Part shown: positions 1 to 9,455 of the stretch, piece after piece | How the letters are laid out: the number at the start of each line of letters is the position of its first letter | Position numbering within the stretch: the first letter of the stretch is position 1 | DNA from: Oceanispirochaeta sp. | GTDB taxonomy: Bacteria > Spirochaetota > Spirochaetia > DSM-2461 | DNA: 64,000 nucleotides | Reading direction: 5' to 3' | NCBI GenBank assembly: GCA_963663385.2 | Contig: CAXXXD010000003.1 | Coordinates: 1,440,001 to 1,504,000 of the forward strand | Position numbers and translations under genes: made by a program | Notes under the pieces: model-generated | Database searches by the model: none | What the model was told of the DNA's origin: nothing | The model's input: the letters and a program-made list of their open reading frames with translations, nothing else

Positions 1-2
1 TA

Positions 3-446
3 ATGCTGCGTTATCGCTTTCCTAAAGAACGCATGAATCGCATTCTCCATTTAATACGAAACCACATGTTCCATTTTACACCGGATTGGACAGATGCCGC
101 TGTCAGACGTTTTATCCGGAAAATAGGATTGGAAAACCTGGAAGACCAGTACCTCCTGCGGTCTGCTGATATTAAAGGCATATCCGATAGCGAGGAATGC
201 AACTCTGACAATCTGAATCAGCTTAAAGAACGGGTTCTTAAAATTCTTCAGGAAGAAAATGCCTTCTCAATAAAAGACTTGTCTGTTAACGGGAATGATC
301 TTATAGATGTTCTGCAGATACCAAAAGGTCCAAGAATCGGCCAAATACTGGAATTTCTGCTTGAGTCTGTTCTTGAAGACCCTTCCCAGAACACCAGGGA
401 AAAGCTATTGCTGATAGCCAGAAACTTTAACAATACACTGAAATAA
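3..446 (+). CDS. CCA tRNA nucleotidyltransferase / HD-domain protein, C-terminal part (5' truncated by window)
   Basis: HM...AVRRFIRKIG and L.VNGNDLI...KGPRIGQIL..LLE.VLEDP..NTREKLL match the C-terminal tail of class II CCA-adding enzymes. Confidence 0.75.
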   Translation: MLRYRFPKERMNRILHLIRNHMFHFTPDWTDAAVRRFIRKIGLENLEDQYLLRSADIKGISDSEECNSDNLNQLKERVLKILQEENAFSIKDLSVNGNDLIDVLQIPKGPRIGQILEFLLESVLEDPSQNTREKLLLIARNFNNTLK

Positions 447-460
447 CAAAGTAACTGATC

Positions 461-1225
461 TTAGACGATTATTGAATCGGACTCAGCCAGACGTTTATAG
501 GCACTCTCTGCGGCATTCTGCTCAGCCTCTTTCTTATTCTTTCCTTCACCAGGACCGTAATTGGAACCATTTATTTCAACTTCGACCCAAAAAGTTTTAT
601 TGTGATCGGGTCCGGATTTTTTAACAATTTGGTATTTAGGGTAGGTTTTGTAATTCTTTTGGGAGAATTCCTGAAGCAGGGATTTATAATCCCTTTTGTG
701 TTTATTATGAAGCACTTTATCAATTTGCGGAATCAGAAGGTTCAGAATAAAGCGGGAGCACTCCTTGAATCCGTTGTCCAGAAAATAGGCTCCAAATATA
801 GCTTCCATACAGTCTGCCAGAATTGCCTTCTTAAGACGGCCGCCGGAGTTCTCCTCACCTTTTCCGATAAGAAGATACTCGTTTACTTCCAATGTCAATG
901 CAATTTCCGCGAGACTTTCCTCGCTTACGACAAATGATTTAATTCTGGCCAGATCACCTTCAACTTTTTCCGGAAGAAGATTAAACAGATATTCTGCCGC
1001 CACAAGCCCTAAAACAGAATCACCAAGAAACTCAAGCTTTTCGTTGTTATCATTAATACTCTGATTTTCATTGGCATAAGACCTGTGACAAAAAGCAAGG
1101 TTCAGAAGATCGTATCTCCTGAACCTTATTGCTGCCTTTTTTTCAAAAGACTGTAGGGACTTTTTCCTTTCATTGCTTAATGGAATTGTTACAAAATTAC
1201 CTGAATTCAAAGGAAAAAGCTTCAC
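461..1225 (-). CDS. rnc: Ribonuclease III
   Basis: NEKLEFLGDSVL signature; C-terminal dsRBD (GPDH...GEGKNKKEAEQNAA). Confidence 0.97.
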   Translation of the reverse strand: MKLFPLNSGNFVTIPLSNERKKSLQSFEKKAAIRFRRYDLLNLAFCHRSYANENQSINDNNEKLEFLGDSVLGLVAAEYLFNLLPEKVEGDLARIKSFVVSEESLAEIALTLEVNEYLLIGKGEENSGGRLKKAILADCMEAIFGAYFLDNGFKECSRFILNLLIPQIDKVLHNKHKRDYKSLLQEFSQKNYKTYPKYQIVKKSGPDHNKTFWVEVEINGSNYGPGEGKNKKEAEQNAAESAYKRLAESDSIIV

Positions 1226-1239
1226 AAATAGTTCTTTAA

Positions 1240-1479
1240 TTATTTACCCAGCTCTGAGTTGATGAAATCAAGAGCATCAGAAACTTTTTCAAATTCAGTT
1301 GCTTTTTCATCAGGAACAGAAACACCGAGTTCAGAATCGATTGCATAGAGCAACTCATAAGTATCAAGGCTGTCGGCTCCCAGATCTTCTCTAAAGCGAG
1401 CATCGGGAGTAATTTTATCCTCTTCTACTTCCAGCTTTTCAGCAATCAGTTTTTTCAGTTTTTCAAACATATCATCCAT
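1240..1479 (-). CDS. acpP: Acyl carrier protein
   Basis: DLGADSLD phosphopantetheine site; acidic 79 aa; lies between rpmF and rnc. Confidence 0.97.
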   Translation of the reverse strand: MDDMFEKLKKLIAEKLEVEEDKITPDARFREDLGADSLDTYELLYAIDSELGVSVPDEKATEFEKVSDALDFINSELGK

Positions 1480-1498
1480 ATTAATAGACTCCTTCTAT

Positions 1499-1687
1499 TT
1501 AAGCCATATCCTCAGGCTCAATTATTTGATTTCCTTTATAGAAACCGCATTTAGGACAAACTCTGTGACGCAGAATTTTATTTCCGCAATTACTGCAAGA
1601 AACCATAGTGGGAACGCCCATTTTCATATTGATTGAACGATGTCTCCTGGTTCTTGCTTTTGAAGTTTTATATTTAGGTACTGCCAT
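1499..1687 (-). CDS. rpmF: 50S ribosomal protein L32
   Basis: MAVPK.KTSK; CxxC...HRVCxxCGFY zinc ribbon. Confidence 0.97.
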   Translation of the reverse strand: MAVPKYKTSKARTRRHRSINMKMGVPTMVSCSNCGNKILRHRVCPKCGFYKGNQIIEPEDMA

Positions 1688-1722
1688 TTTATAATCCTCG
1701 CTTAGCTGTTATTGACTGAAAG

Positions 1723-1751
1723 AATATAGTATTTCTCTTTTTTTTTGTCAA
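1723..1751 (-). promoter_or_regulatory. sigma70 promoter of rpmF-acpP-rnc
   Basis: Minus strand TTGACA-N17-TATATT. Confidence 0.7.
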
Positions 1752-1781
1752 GGTACTTCTTTTTGTTAAAATAAATAAGCT

Positions 1782-2276
1782 TTAATCAGTTAGTTTCTCC
1801 TCCATAATTTTGCGCCTGATAAGAGACTCTACATTTTGAGGAACCATCTTACTGACATCCGCGCCCAGCTGTACAAGTTCTTTTATTGAGGATGAACGAA
1901 GAACAAAATATTTTTGTGAAGTTGGCAGAAATACTGTCTCAATATGAGGCGAAAGCTGTTTATTCATCATGGAAAGTTCAAATTCATAACCAAAATCCGC
2001 AATAGCTCTCACTCCCCTCAGGATAACACTGATACTGTTAGTTGCTGCGTAATCAACAATCAGTTTATCCCAAAGCGTCACTTTTACATTCTGTATCCCG
2101 TTGGTCATCTCCTGTATCAGCTTAAACCGCTCCTGAGAATCCAGAAGGTACTTTTTCTGGGGATTATTGGAAATTACTACATCGAGAGAATCAAATAATT
2201 CAGACCCTCTTTTTATAAGATCAAGATGTCCATTTGTCGGAGGATCAAATGATCCGGGGAATACTGCTTTTACCAT
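1782..2276 (-). CDS. coaD: Phosphopantetheine adenylyltransferase
   Basis: FPGSFDPPTNGH, RGVR..DF.YE, SSS.IKE; start placed at ATG 2276 (MVKAVF), not the 2369 start of the ORF track. Confidence 0.95.
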   Translation of the reverse strand: MVKAVFPGSFDPPTNGHLDLIKRGSELFDSLDVVISNNPQKKYLLDSQERFKLIQEMTNGIQNVKVTLWDKLIVDYAATNSISVILRGVRAIADFGYEFELSMMNKQLSPHIETVFLPTSQKYFVLRSSSIKELVQLGADVSKMVPQNVESLIRRKIMEEKLTD

Positions 2277-2362
2277 AACAGGGAGTATAATAGTTATTTT
2301 ACAGAATCTAGTAAATAGAAGATCCAAATCCCCCAATAATTCAAGAACATTTTTTTTTCTTT

Positions 2363-2391
2363 TTGACAATTCCAGTCGAAATGGATAGACT
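2363..2391 (+). promoter_or_regulatory. sigma70 promoter, probably leaderless transcript
   Basis: TTGACA-N17-TAGACT, 7 nt before ATG 2399, no SD. Confidence 0.65.
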
Positions 2392-2398
2392 GGGTTCT

Positions 2399-3025
2399 AT
2401 GAATAAATGTGTGAAATTTTTACTATTCGGACCAGTTTTCTGGACCGTAATCTCATTTACATCCTGCCAGTCAAGCCCGGATGTGAAAGAGCCGTCTGAT
2501 ACGGCTGTTCAGAATGAGATCAAACCGGAGACAGCAGTTTCCGAGCAGCCGATGGCGGAGGAACCTACTCCGGAAGCGGAACCGGAGGAACCTGCTCCCG
2601 AAGAACCAAAGGACGTCATCGTCAATGAAGAAACCGGGTTTGAAGTTTCCAAAGAGAAGTATGAACAGACTCTTGACGAAATGAGAGAGCTGATTGACAC
2701 ACTCAACAATATCATTTCCAACAGAAAATATGAAAAGTGGAAATTATTTTTGTCGGAAGAGTATATCAAAACTTACAATGATCCTGTAAAATTGAAACAG
2801 ATTTCAGATCAGTCCCAGATACTTTCAGACAACAGGATTGTTTTAACAAATCTGAAGGATTACTTCGACTGGGTTGTTGTACCTAGCCGTTCTGCTGCCA
2901 GGGTTGATGACATAGTCTTCCTGGACGACAAAAGACTTGTTGTTTACATGAAAATAAACAATAAGAACACTATTTTGTATCAATTGGAAAATATTGATGA
3001 AAAATGGCAAATAAGTGTTTGGTAA
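2399..3025 (+). CDS. Spirochaete lipoprotein, unknown function
   Basis: Signal peptide with lipobox FTSC; Pro/Glu-rich linker; globular C-terminal domain. Confidence 0.75.
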   Translation: MNKCVKFLLFGPVFWTVISFTSCQSSPDVKEPSDTAVQNEIKPETAVSEQPMAEEPTPEAEPEEPAPEEPKDVIVNEETGFEVSKEKYEQTLDEMRELIDTLNNIISNRKYEKWKLFLSEEYIKTYNDPVKLKQISDQSQILSDNRIVLTNLKDYFDWVVVPSRSAARVDDIVFLDDKRLVVYMKINNKNTILYQLENIDEKWQISVW

Positions 3026-3066
3026 ACATATTAAAAGGATTATATACTGATATTAGGGAGTTTAGT

Positions 3067-3768
3067 ATGAAAAGATTGCAATTTATTTCTTTGATTCTGA
3101 CTGTGTTCATTGCTATTGGCAGCCTCACTGCAGAGGAAAACGAACAGACAATTGAAGAATTATACCTTCAAAGTCAGGTAAAAGTTAAAATTATAAAAGC
3201 TGAAGCGGATTCCATTGACCGTGATATGAAAATGATAGCTCTTCAGGATATTGAAGAGATGGTAGGGGATGGACAGATTTCGGGTGACGATAAGCAGATG
3301 ATTGGAATTCTGAGCAGTCTGGGATCAGAAGGTATCTCCAACCAGGTAATCGAACAGGGTGCGGTGATCAATGATTTCCCAATTGTTCGTAAAGAAGCCT
3401 GCAGGATTCTGGGAGAAATCGGCGGGGATTACGCAAGGGAGGCTCTTGTCAGTGTCCTGATATCTGAACCGGAACCAATGGTTATGGCTGAGGCGGTTGT
3501 TGCGCTATCTAAAGTTGGTCCAGACGAACAGGGCGTTGTACTGGCAGTTATTGCCGATTCAATGCGGTCTCAAACGGCTCTTAACAAAGACAACAATTTT
3601 GCAAATGCCTTTATACTGGCTATTGATAATCTGGCGCAGAATAATGATGGTGTAGATGATCTTCGTGTTTTTGAAGAACTTACAAAAATCGCAGATCCCA
3701 GAAGTGGCTATATCACCGTAGTCAGAAAGAAGGCTTTTGAATTATTAAAATCCCTACAAAGTTTTTAA
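3067..3768 (+). CDS. Exported HEAT-repeat protein
   Basis: Signal peptide; VRKEACRILGEIG and VMAEAVVALSKVG HEAT-like repeats; SD GGGAG upstream. Confidence 0.75.
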   Translation: MKRLQFISLILTVFIAIGSLTAEENEQTIEELYLQSQVKVKIIKAEADSIDRDMKMIALQDIEEMVGDGQISGDDKQMIGILSSLGSEGISNQVIEQGAVINDFPIVRKEACRILGEIGGDYAREALVSVLISEPEPMVMAEAVVALSKVGPDEQGVVLAVIADSMRSQTALNKDNNFANAFILAIDNLAQNNDGVDDLRVFEELTKIADPRSGYITVVRKKAFELLKSLQSF

Positions 3769-3786
3769 ATAATAATATTTCCAATT

Positions 3787-3818
3787 AAAAAAAGGGGACT
3801 TTATCAAGTCCCCTTTTT
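3787..3818. terminator. Bidirectional intrinsic terminator
   Basis: AAAAAAAGGGGACT-TTATCA-AGTCCCCTTTTT between convergent genes. Confidence 0.85.
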
Positions 3819-4219
3819 TATAGGATTTCTTTTTTCAATCGACTCCGCCAGTCTGGTTGATCCTCTTTTACTTCTTCGTATTCAATTTCTTTAATAATTT
3901 TAAAGTTCTTATTCTGATTATTCTCATAATGAATTACACCGAATTTTCCATGCCCAAGGTAAACAACTTTTTCGTTTTCCTGAACAGCTTCATTCTTGGC
4001 TATTTCTTTAATAATACAATCAAAATGTGCGGGTTCACCCGAATTCTTTTCGGTAATGGCAGAACTCAGATCCCGGATATTTTTACCACATATAGAACAC
4101 AAAAAAGAGGGGCCCGTATAACTGGAGATATTCCGATTATTCCTTTTACCTTTAAAACGGTTCCGGTTTCCCCGCTTAACAGGCTTACTATTGGAACTTG
4201 ACACCACTTTTATCCTCAT
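3818..4219 (-). CDS. Hypothetical protein (Arg/Asn-rich N-terminus, CxxC...HxxC putative Zn site)
   Basis: CSICGK...HFDC; basic low-complexity N-terminus; true start may be a GTG near 4207. Confidence 0.7.
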   Translation of the reverse strand: MRIKVVSSSNSKPVKRGNRNRFKGKRNNRNISSYTGPSFLCSICGKNIRDLSSAITEKNSGEPAHFDCIIKEIAKNEAVQENEKVVYLGHGKFGVIHYENNQNKNFKIIKEIEYEEVKEDQPDWRSRLKKEIL

Positions 4220-4352
4220 TCATTGTTACAATTTCATTTGTCAGAGTAGCAGCTATTCTTCTAATAGCACTTTCCATATAGGATTTATCATCAATTTTAT
4301 GCTTTAACTCTGCCAATTTCTTTGGGTCTGTATTTTTTGCAATACGTACCAT
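4188..4352 (-). CDS. Small 54-aa protein missed by the ORF track (MVRIAKNTDPKKLAELKHKIDDKSYMESAIRRIAATLTNEIVTMNEDKSGVKFQ)
   Basis: Strong SD (AAGGAG) before ATG 4352; open to TAG 4188; overlaps the start of the next gene. Confidence 0.7.
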   Translation of the reverse strand: MVRIAKNTDPKKLAELKHKIDDKSYMESAIRRIAATLTNEIVTMNEDKSGVKFQ

Positions 4353-4679
4353 TCGGAGCTCCTTCTCCCTATTTGATTTCTATACAACCCGATTCTTCTA
4401 TCCTCCATGACATAAGAATCAGATCATTACCTGTTTTGCTTCCTCATTGAGGGAGCTTTCCCTCATCCCTGAACAATAAAGAAAACAGTTTTAATCATTC
4501 AAAACAGCCTGTCCTCAAAGGATCTGCTATTTGCCACTTCAAAGAAAGTTTTTATATCCCTTACAATATAATATCGTCTTCTCTGACAACTTTCCTGAAA
4601 CAACTTTTATAATTATTTGAAGGCTTCCTGATCAGCCCCACCCTTACGAACTCCTCCCTTTGCTTTCTTTAAAAGAAAA

Positions 4680-5816
4680 TTACTTATCCACCAGAAGCGA
4701 GTTCAAGTCAACTGCTTTTACAATAAACAGATCCTTTTTTTCAAGCAGGTTCAATACAGGTCCCATATCGCCGGGATACTCCTTTCCTGCCCCGTCTATC
4801 AGAGTAATTACCACAGGCCTCAGCGGAGCCTCAGGATTCCCCTTTATAACTCGGGCAACAGTGGAATCATTCAGCATGACAATACTACCCAGAGGATATA
4901 TACCCATGCTCTTAATAAAGTACCGCAGGATTTCAGGATCGAACTTTCTGGAGTTATCGCTGATAATACTCTTCATAGCCTCATATCCGATCATGGAGTT
5001 TCTGTAGGGTCTCTCGCTTACCATTGCCTCAAACGCGTCCGCTATAGACACGATACGCGCCTCCAGCAGGATATCCTCCGTTTTCTTACCCTGGGGATAA
5101 CCTTCACCATCCCAACGTTCATGATGCTCCAGAGCAATACGGGCAACAGAATCCTCGTACTTCAACTCCTTGGATATGATCTGATAGGAGAAAACCGGAT
5201 GACTTTTCAGCTTTGTCATTTCTTCGGGATTCAACCCCGATTTCTTAGCCTTAATTTCATCAGGAACCCTCATCATTCCTATATCATGAAGTATAGCTCC
5301 GTTACAGAGCTGAAGGAGCTTTGGTCTTGGCCTCTCCATGGCAAAACCGATAGTAAGGGCCAGAATAGCCGTATTCAAAGCGCTTTTTGCTATTGCCTTA
5401 TTTGCGCTATTATGCGTCAGAACCATTCTCACGGACTGAATATACTTATCCTCAACCGTATCCACCAGCTTGTCAGATATCTGATCAATCTCCTTGATAT
5501 CAACATCTTCCATTTTATCAATTCGGGCAAAGAGTGTATCCAGTTTATTTAAGGTTTCATTATAAATGGCAGAAAGCTCTTTATCAGAGGGGATACCCCA
5601 TAAAAGCTTACTGTTCATAAGATCCTCATTTTGGGTTTCAACAAATTGACCTTCAGAGAGAACTTCGTCTACTCCCCATTTTTCCAACCGGGACAGATCC
5701 TTCTCTCTTACCGGTACACCGGCAGGGATAAAAAGTGTATCCTCATCAATATATACAGGCTTGTTACAGCTCAAACCCGGTTTAAGATCGCTTACTTTGT
5801 AGTGATTCATGGTCAA
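4680..5816 (-). CDS. HD-GYP cyclic-dinucleotide phosphodiesterase
   Basis: HDIG, HHERWDGEGYP, RIVSIAD.FEAM..ERPY motifs. Confidence 0.92.
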   Translation of the reverse strand: MTMNHYKVSDLKPGLSCNKPVYIDEDTLFIPAGVPVREKDLSRLEKWGVDEVLSEGQFVETQNEDLMNSKLLWGIPSDKELSAIYNETLNKLDTLFARIDKMEDVDIKEIDQISDKLVDTVEDKYIQSVRMVLTHNSANKAIAKSALNTAILALTIGFAMERPRPKLLQLCNGAILHDIGMMRVPDEIKAKKSGLNPEEMTKLKSHPVFSYQIISKELKYEDSVARIALEHHERWDGEGYPQGKKTEDILLEARIVSIADAFEAMVSERPYRNSMIGYEAMKSIISDNSRKFDPEILRYFIKSMGIYPLGSIVMLNDSTVARVIKGNPEAPLRPVVITLIDGAGKEYPGDMGPVLNLLEKKDLFIVKAVDLNSLLVDK

Positions 5817-5890
5817 AACCTTTTAATAAAAAAGAATTATCTATTTAAAATATACCATAAATGAAATATAAATGATGCACTTTTTTAGAT

Positions 5891-5918
5891 AAAAAAAGAG
5901 CTTCCCGAAGGAAGCTCT
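5891..5918 (-). terminator. Intrinsic terminator after rplS
   Basis: Minus strand AGAGCTTCC-TTCG-GGAAGCTCT followed by T-run. Confidence 0.85.
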
Positions 5919-5923
5919 CAGAA

Positions 5924-6292
5924 TTAGGCATTCTTTTCTTTTCTTTTCATAAGCTGTTTGACTTTTGCTGCTTTTCCTACCCGGTCACGGATATAGTACA
6001 GCTTGGCCCGACGAACCTTACCCATTCTTGAAACTTCAATTTTCTCAATTTTCGGAGAGTGGATAGGGAAAATTCTCTCCACTCCTACCCCGTAAGAAAT
6101 TTTACGAACAGTTACGGTTCTATTGATTCCGGTATTATTCAAAGCGATTACAAGCCCTTCATAAACCTGAACACGCTCAGTTTTACCTTCAATGATTTTA
6201 TAGTGAACTTTAATTGTATCACCAATTCTGAAATTCTCAGCATTTTCCTTTAACTGTTCAGCTTCAACAGCACGTATGATATCCATCATCAT
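5924..6292 (-). CDS. rplS: 50S ribosomal protein L19
   Basis: [25 protein letters not shown]. Confidence 0.98.
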   Translation of the reverse strand: MMMDIIRAVEAEQLKENAENFRIGDTIKVHYKIIEGKTERVQVYEGLVIALNNTGINRTVTVRKISYGVGVERIFPIHSPKIEKIEVSRMGKVRRAKLYYIRDRVGKAAKVKQLMKRKEKNA

Positions 6293-6310
6293 CCTCCTGT
6301 CTAATTTTTC

Positions 6311-7012
6311 TCATCCATCTGCCTTTGCTTTATCAGACAGTTTATTCGAAACAAGCAAATCTGGACGATTCATTTTTGTTTTTTCAACCCGCTTTTTCAG
6401 CCGCCATTCTTCTATTTTTGCATGATGGCCTGAAAGCAGAACATCCGGAACCTTTTCTCCGCGGAAAACTTCCGGTCTGGTATAATGAGGATACTCCAGC
6501 AAAGCCCCCTGAAAGCTTTCCTCTTCCAGAGATTCTCTGGTAATAACCCCATCGCAGAGACGATAGATACTGTCAATAACAACCAGTGAAGCAATTTCGC
6601 CGGATGAAATAACATAGTCTCCGATACAGACTTCATCATCTACATAATGGTCAATGATCCTCTGATCTATCCCTTCGTATCTACCGCAAATAAGTACGAT
6701 CTCTTCTTCATGAGCCAGGGTTTCCGCTATCTCCTGAGTGTATTTTACTCCGGAAGGTGTCGGAAAGACTGTTCTTTTTGACTTGGCGCCAACCGAGTCA
6801 AGTGCTTCTGCAAGAGGTTCCGCCTTCAGAACCATTCCCGCTCCCCCGCCATAGGGCGAATCATCACAGGTCCTGTGCCTGTCTGTGGCAAAATCCCTGA
6901 TATTGACCAGCTCATACTGAATCAAACCCTTCTCTACCGCTTTTTCCATAATGGAACTTTTAAAAAAACTTTCTACTATCTCAGGAAACAATGTCAATAT
7001 TGTAAACTTCAA
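6311..7012 (-). CDS. trmD: tRNA (guanine-N1)-methyltransferase
   Basis: DD.PYGGGAGMV, CGRYEGIDQR, YPHYTRP. Confidence 0.98.
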   Translation of the reverse strand: MKFTILTLFPEIVESFFKSSIMEKAVEKGLIQYELVNIRDFATDRHRTCDDSPYGGGAGMVLKAEPLAEALDSVGAKSKRTVFPTPSGVKYTQEIAETLAHEEEIVLICGRYEGIDQRIIDHYVDDEVCIGDYVISSGEIASLVVIDSIYRLCDGVITRESLEEESFQGALLEYPHYTRPEVFRGEKVPDVLLSGHHAKIEEWRLKKRVEKTKMNRPDLLVSNKLSDKAKADG

Positions 7013-7512
7013 TCCAGTATCCAGCCTTCCAACAGTTCAATCTCTTTCTTCTCAATATCAATTGGACCAATAAATACCGCAGAAAAGGGTACCATTTTAT
7101 TTTCACCATTATCCATTTCAATTTCCAGGAGCTCTCCGCCGCCGCCTTCGATTATTGACCGAACAACTCCGACTTTTCTCCCTTCCAGAATTAAATGACA
7201 GCCGTAAAGATCCGCATGATAAAACTCATCTTCATCCAGTGAAGCACCCATTTCCCGGGGAACCCATATCTCCCAATTGGAAAACAGTTTCCCTTCTTCG
7301 GGCGTATCAATCCCCTTCAGTTTTAAAAGAACCTGATTCCCGTTGGGCTTTACAGCTTCTACTTCAAAACTCCGGGAGGAATTTCCTTTTTTCAGAAAAA
7401 CACGTTCCAGCTTGAATAAGTGTTCCGTTTCTCCTGAAAAACTCTTCACCTTCAAATAGCCACGGACTCCATGAGTCGTCCGCACAGTGCCGATAGCTAT
7501 CTGTTCAGTCAT
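7009..7512 (-). CDS. rimM: Ribosome maturation factor RimM
   Basis: THGVRGYLKV, EFY..DL.G; operon position. Confidence 0.95.
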   Translation of the reverse strand: MTEQIAIGTVRTTHGVRGYLKVKSFSGETEHLFKLERVFLKKGNSSRSFEVEAVKPNGNQVLLKLKGIDTPEEGKLFSNWEIWVPREMGASLDEDEFYHADLYGCHLILEGRKVGVVRSIIEGGGGELLEIEMDNGENKMVPFSAVFIGPIDIEKKEIELLEGWILD

Positions 7513-7745
7513 TAGTCCAGAATTTCCAGCACAAATCTTTTTCCGGATTTATTCGCGGATGCACTCAGAATTGTCCGGACAGCTTTGGCTATACGGCCGT
7601 GCTTTCCAATGACTTTCCCTATGTCATCATCTGCAACTTTCAATTCCAGAATAGTGGATTTTTCACCTTCAATCATATTAACCACGACATTATCTGAATC
7701 ATCCACCAATGATTTTGCTATAAACTCAACTAATTCTTTTTCCAC
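7512..7745 (-). CDS. khpA: KH-domain RNA-binding protein
   Basis: DIGKVIGKHGRIAKAVRT; between rpsP and rimM. Confidence 0.93.
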   Translation of the reverse strand: MEKELVEFIAKSLVDDSDNVVVNMIEGEKSTILELKVADDDIGKVIGKHGRIAKAVRTILSASANKSGKRFVLEILD

Positions 7746-7763
7746 GATAACTCCCGTCAGTTG

Positions 7764-8012
7764 CTATTTAATTGTAAAATTGTTCTTGTTCAGAAGCTTC
7801 CGTACGGTATCAGTAGGCTGAGCACCTTTGTTAATCCATTCGCGAACTTTAGTCTCTTCAAACTTAACCTGTTTTCCTTCTGCTTCAACGGGGTGATAGT
7901 AACCCAGCTCTTCAATGGTTCGACCATCTCTGGGAGCTCTTGAATCCATAACAACTATTCTGTAATACGGGCGCTTTTTTGACCCCATTCTTTTCAATCT
8001 TATCTTAACCAC
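7764..8012 (-). CDS. rpsP: 30S ribosomal protein S16
   Basis: [27 protein letters not shown]. Confidence 0.98.
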   Translation of the reverse strand: MVKIRLKRMGSKKRPYYRIVVMDSRAPRDGRTIEELGYYHPVEAEGKQVKFEETKVREWINKGAQPTDTVRKLLNKNNFTIK

Positions 8013-8030
8013 TTACTAATTCTCCTGAGT

Positions 8031-9365
8031 TTAAGACATTCCACCAAGCTGAGACATCAACTGAGCCTGGTATTTCTTATTTTTGCTGATTTTTTTCATC
8101 ATCAGCCGCATTTTCTCGAAGTTTTTCAAGAGTCGGTTCACATCGGCTACTGAAGAACCGCTGCCCAAAGCAATACGCCGCTTACGGGGTGGTCCGATAA
8201 TCCTGTGATTCCGTCTCTCCTGAATTGTCATCGAGAGAATAATAGCCTCTTCCCGTTTCAGGGCTTTCTCGTCAATATCATCCTCGCTTACCTTCCCTGC
8301 CAATCCGGGAATCATACCGAGGAGTGATTGAACACTGCCCATCTTACGCATTTTCTGAAACTGATCCAGATAATCTTCCAGCGTAAAAGTAGCGGAAGCC
8401 ATCTTTTTCTGAAGCTTCAGAGCATCTTCTTCTGAGGCCTGCTCCTGAGCTTTTTCCACCAGTGAAACAATATCACCCATACCGAGTATCCGGGAGGCGA
8501 TCCGTTCGGGATAGAAAGGCTCAAGATCATCTATTTTTTCACCGACTCCGATAAACTTGATTGGTTTCCCTGTGATGCTCTTGAGGGAAAGAGCAGCACC
8601 GCCGCGTGTATCGGAGTCAAATTTACTTAATATAACACCGCTGAGTTCAAGTTCCTCATTAAAGGTCTTGGCAATATCAACGGCACTCTGACCGGTCATG
8701 GAGTCTGCAACCAGAATGGTTTCTTCCGGTTTGACCGAGTTTTTGATATCATGAATTTCCTTCATCATATCCGTATCGATCTGCAGCCGTCCGGCCGTAT
8801 CTATAATAACTGTATTATACTGAAATTTCCTGGCATGTTTAAGAGCATTCTTTGCTACTTTAACAGCATTTTTCGTATCTTCCTTATAAACATCCACACC
8901 GATCTGCTCACCCAGAACAGTCAGCTGCTGAACGGCGGCAGGTCTTACCAGGTCACAGGCTACGAGAAGGGGTCTACGGCCCTCCTTCTTCAACCGGGCG
9001 GCCAGCTTGGCTGCCGTTGTTGTTTTACCCGAACCCTGAAGCCCCAGAAACAGTATGGATGATACAGTATCAGGCCCCTTAAGTTCCAGATCCTGTTTTT
9101 TATCACCCAGTAAAGCGACCATCCTGTCATGAACGATCTTGATAAACATTTGACTGGGGTCGACTGCTTTAAGAACTTTCTCACCCCGGGCATCTTCGAT
9201 TGTGCTGTTTACGAAACGTCGAACAACCCGGATATTGACATCAGCATCGAGCAGAGCCAGCTTAATTTCATTTACAGCATCTTCAATATTTTTATCCGAG
9301 ATTTTTCCTTTACCGGCCAGCTGTCTGGAGACATCGGAAAATTTCTCTGTTAATTTTTCCAGCAT
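8031..9365 (-). CDS. ffh: Signal recognition particle protein
   Basis: GLQGSGKTT, DTAGR, RGGAALS, Met-rich M domain. Confidence 0.98.
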   Translation of the reverse strand: MLEKLTEKFSDVSRQLAGKGKISDKNIEDAVNEIKLALLDADVNIRVVRRFVNSTIEDARGEKVLKAVDPSQMFIKIVHDRMVALLGDKKQDLELKGPDTVSSILFLGLQGSGKTTTAAKLAARLKKEGRRPLLVACDLVRPAAVQQLTVLGEQIGVDVYKEDTKNAVKVAKNALKHARKFQYNTVIIDTAGRLQIDTDMMKEIHDIKNSVKPEETILVADSMTGQSAVDIAKTFNEELELSGVILSKFDSDTRGGAALSLKSITGKPIKFIGVGEKIDDLEPFYPERIASRILGMGDIVSLVEKAQEQASEEDALKLQKKMASATFTLEDYLDQFQKMRKMGSVQSLLGMIPGLAGKVSEDDIDEKALKREEAIILSMTIQERRNHRIIGPPRKRRIALGSGSSVADVNRLLKNFEKMRLMMKKISKNKKYQAQLMSQLGGMS

Positions 9366-9455
9366 AAAACTTTAGTACGTCCTCTTAAAGTTATCCCGAT
9401 TTTATACCGCGTTAACCATGAATTTGTCAACACCATATAGAGTTAAACCACGCTT

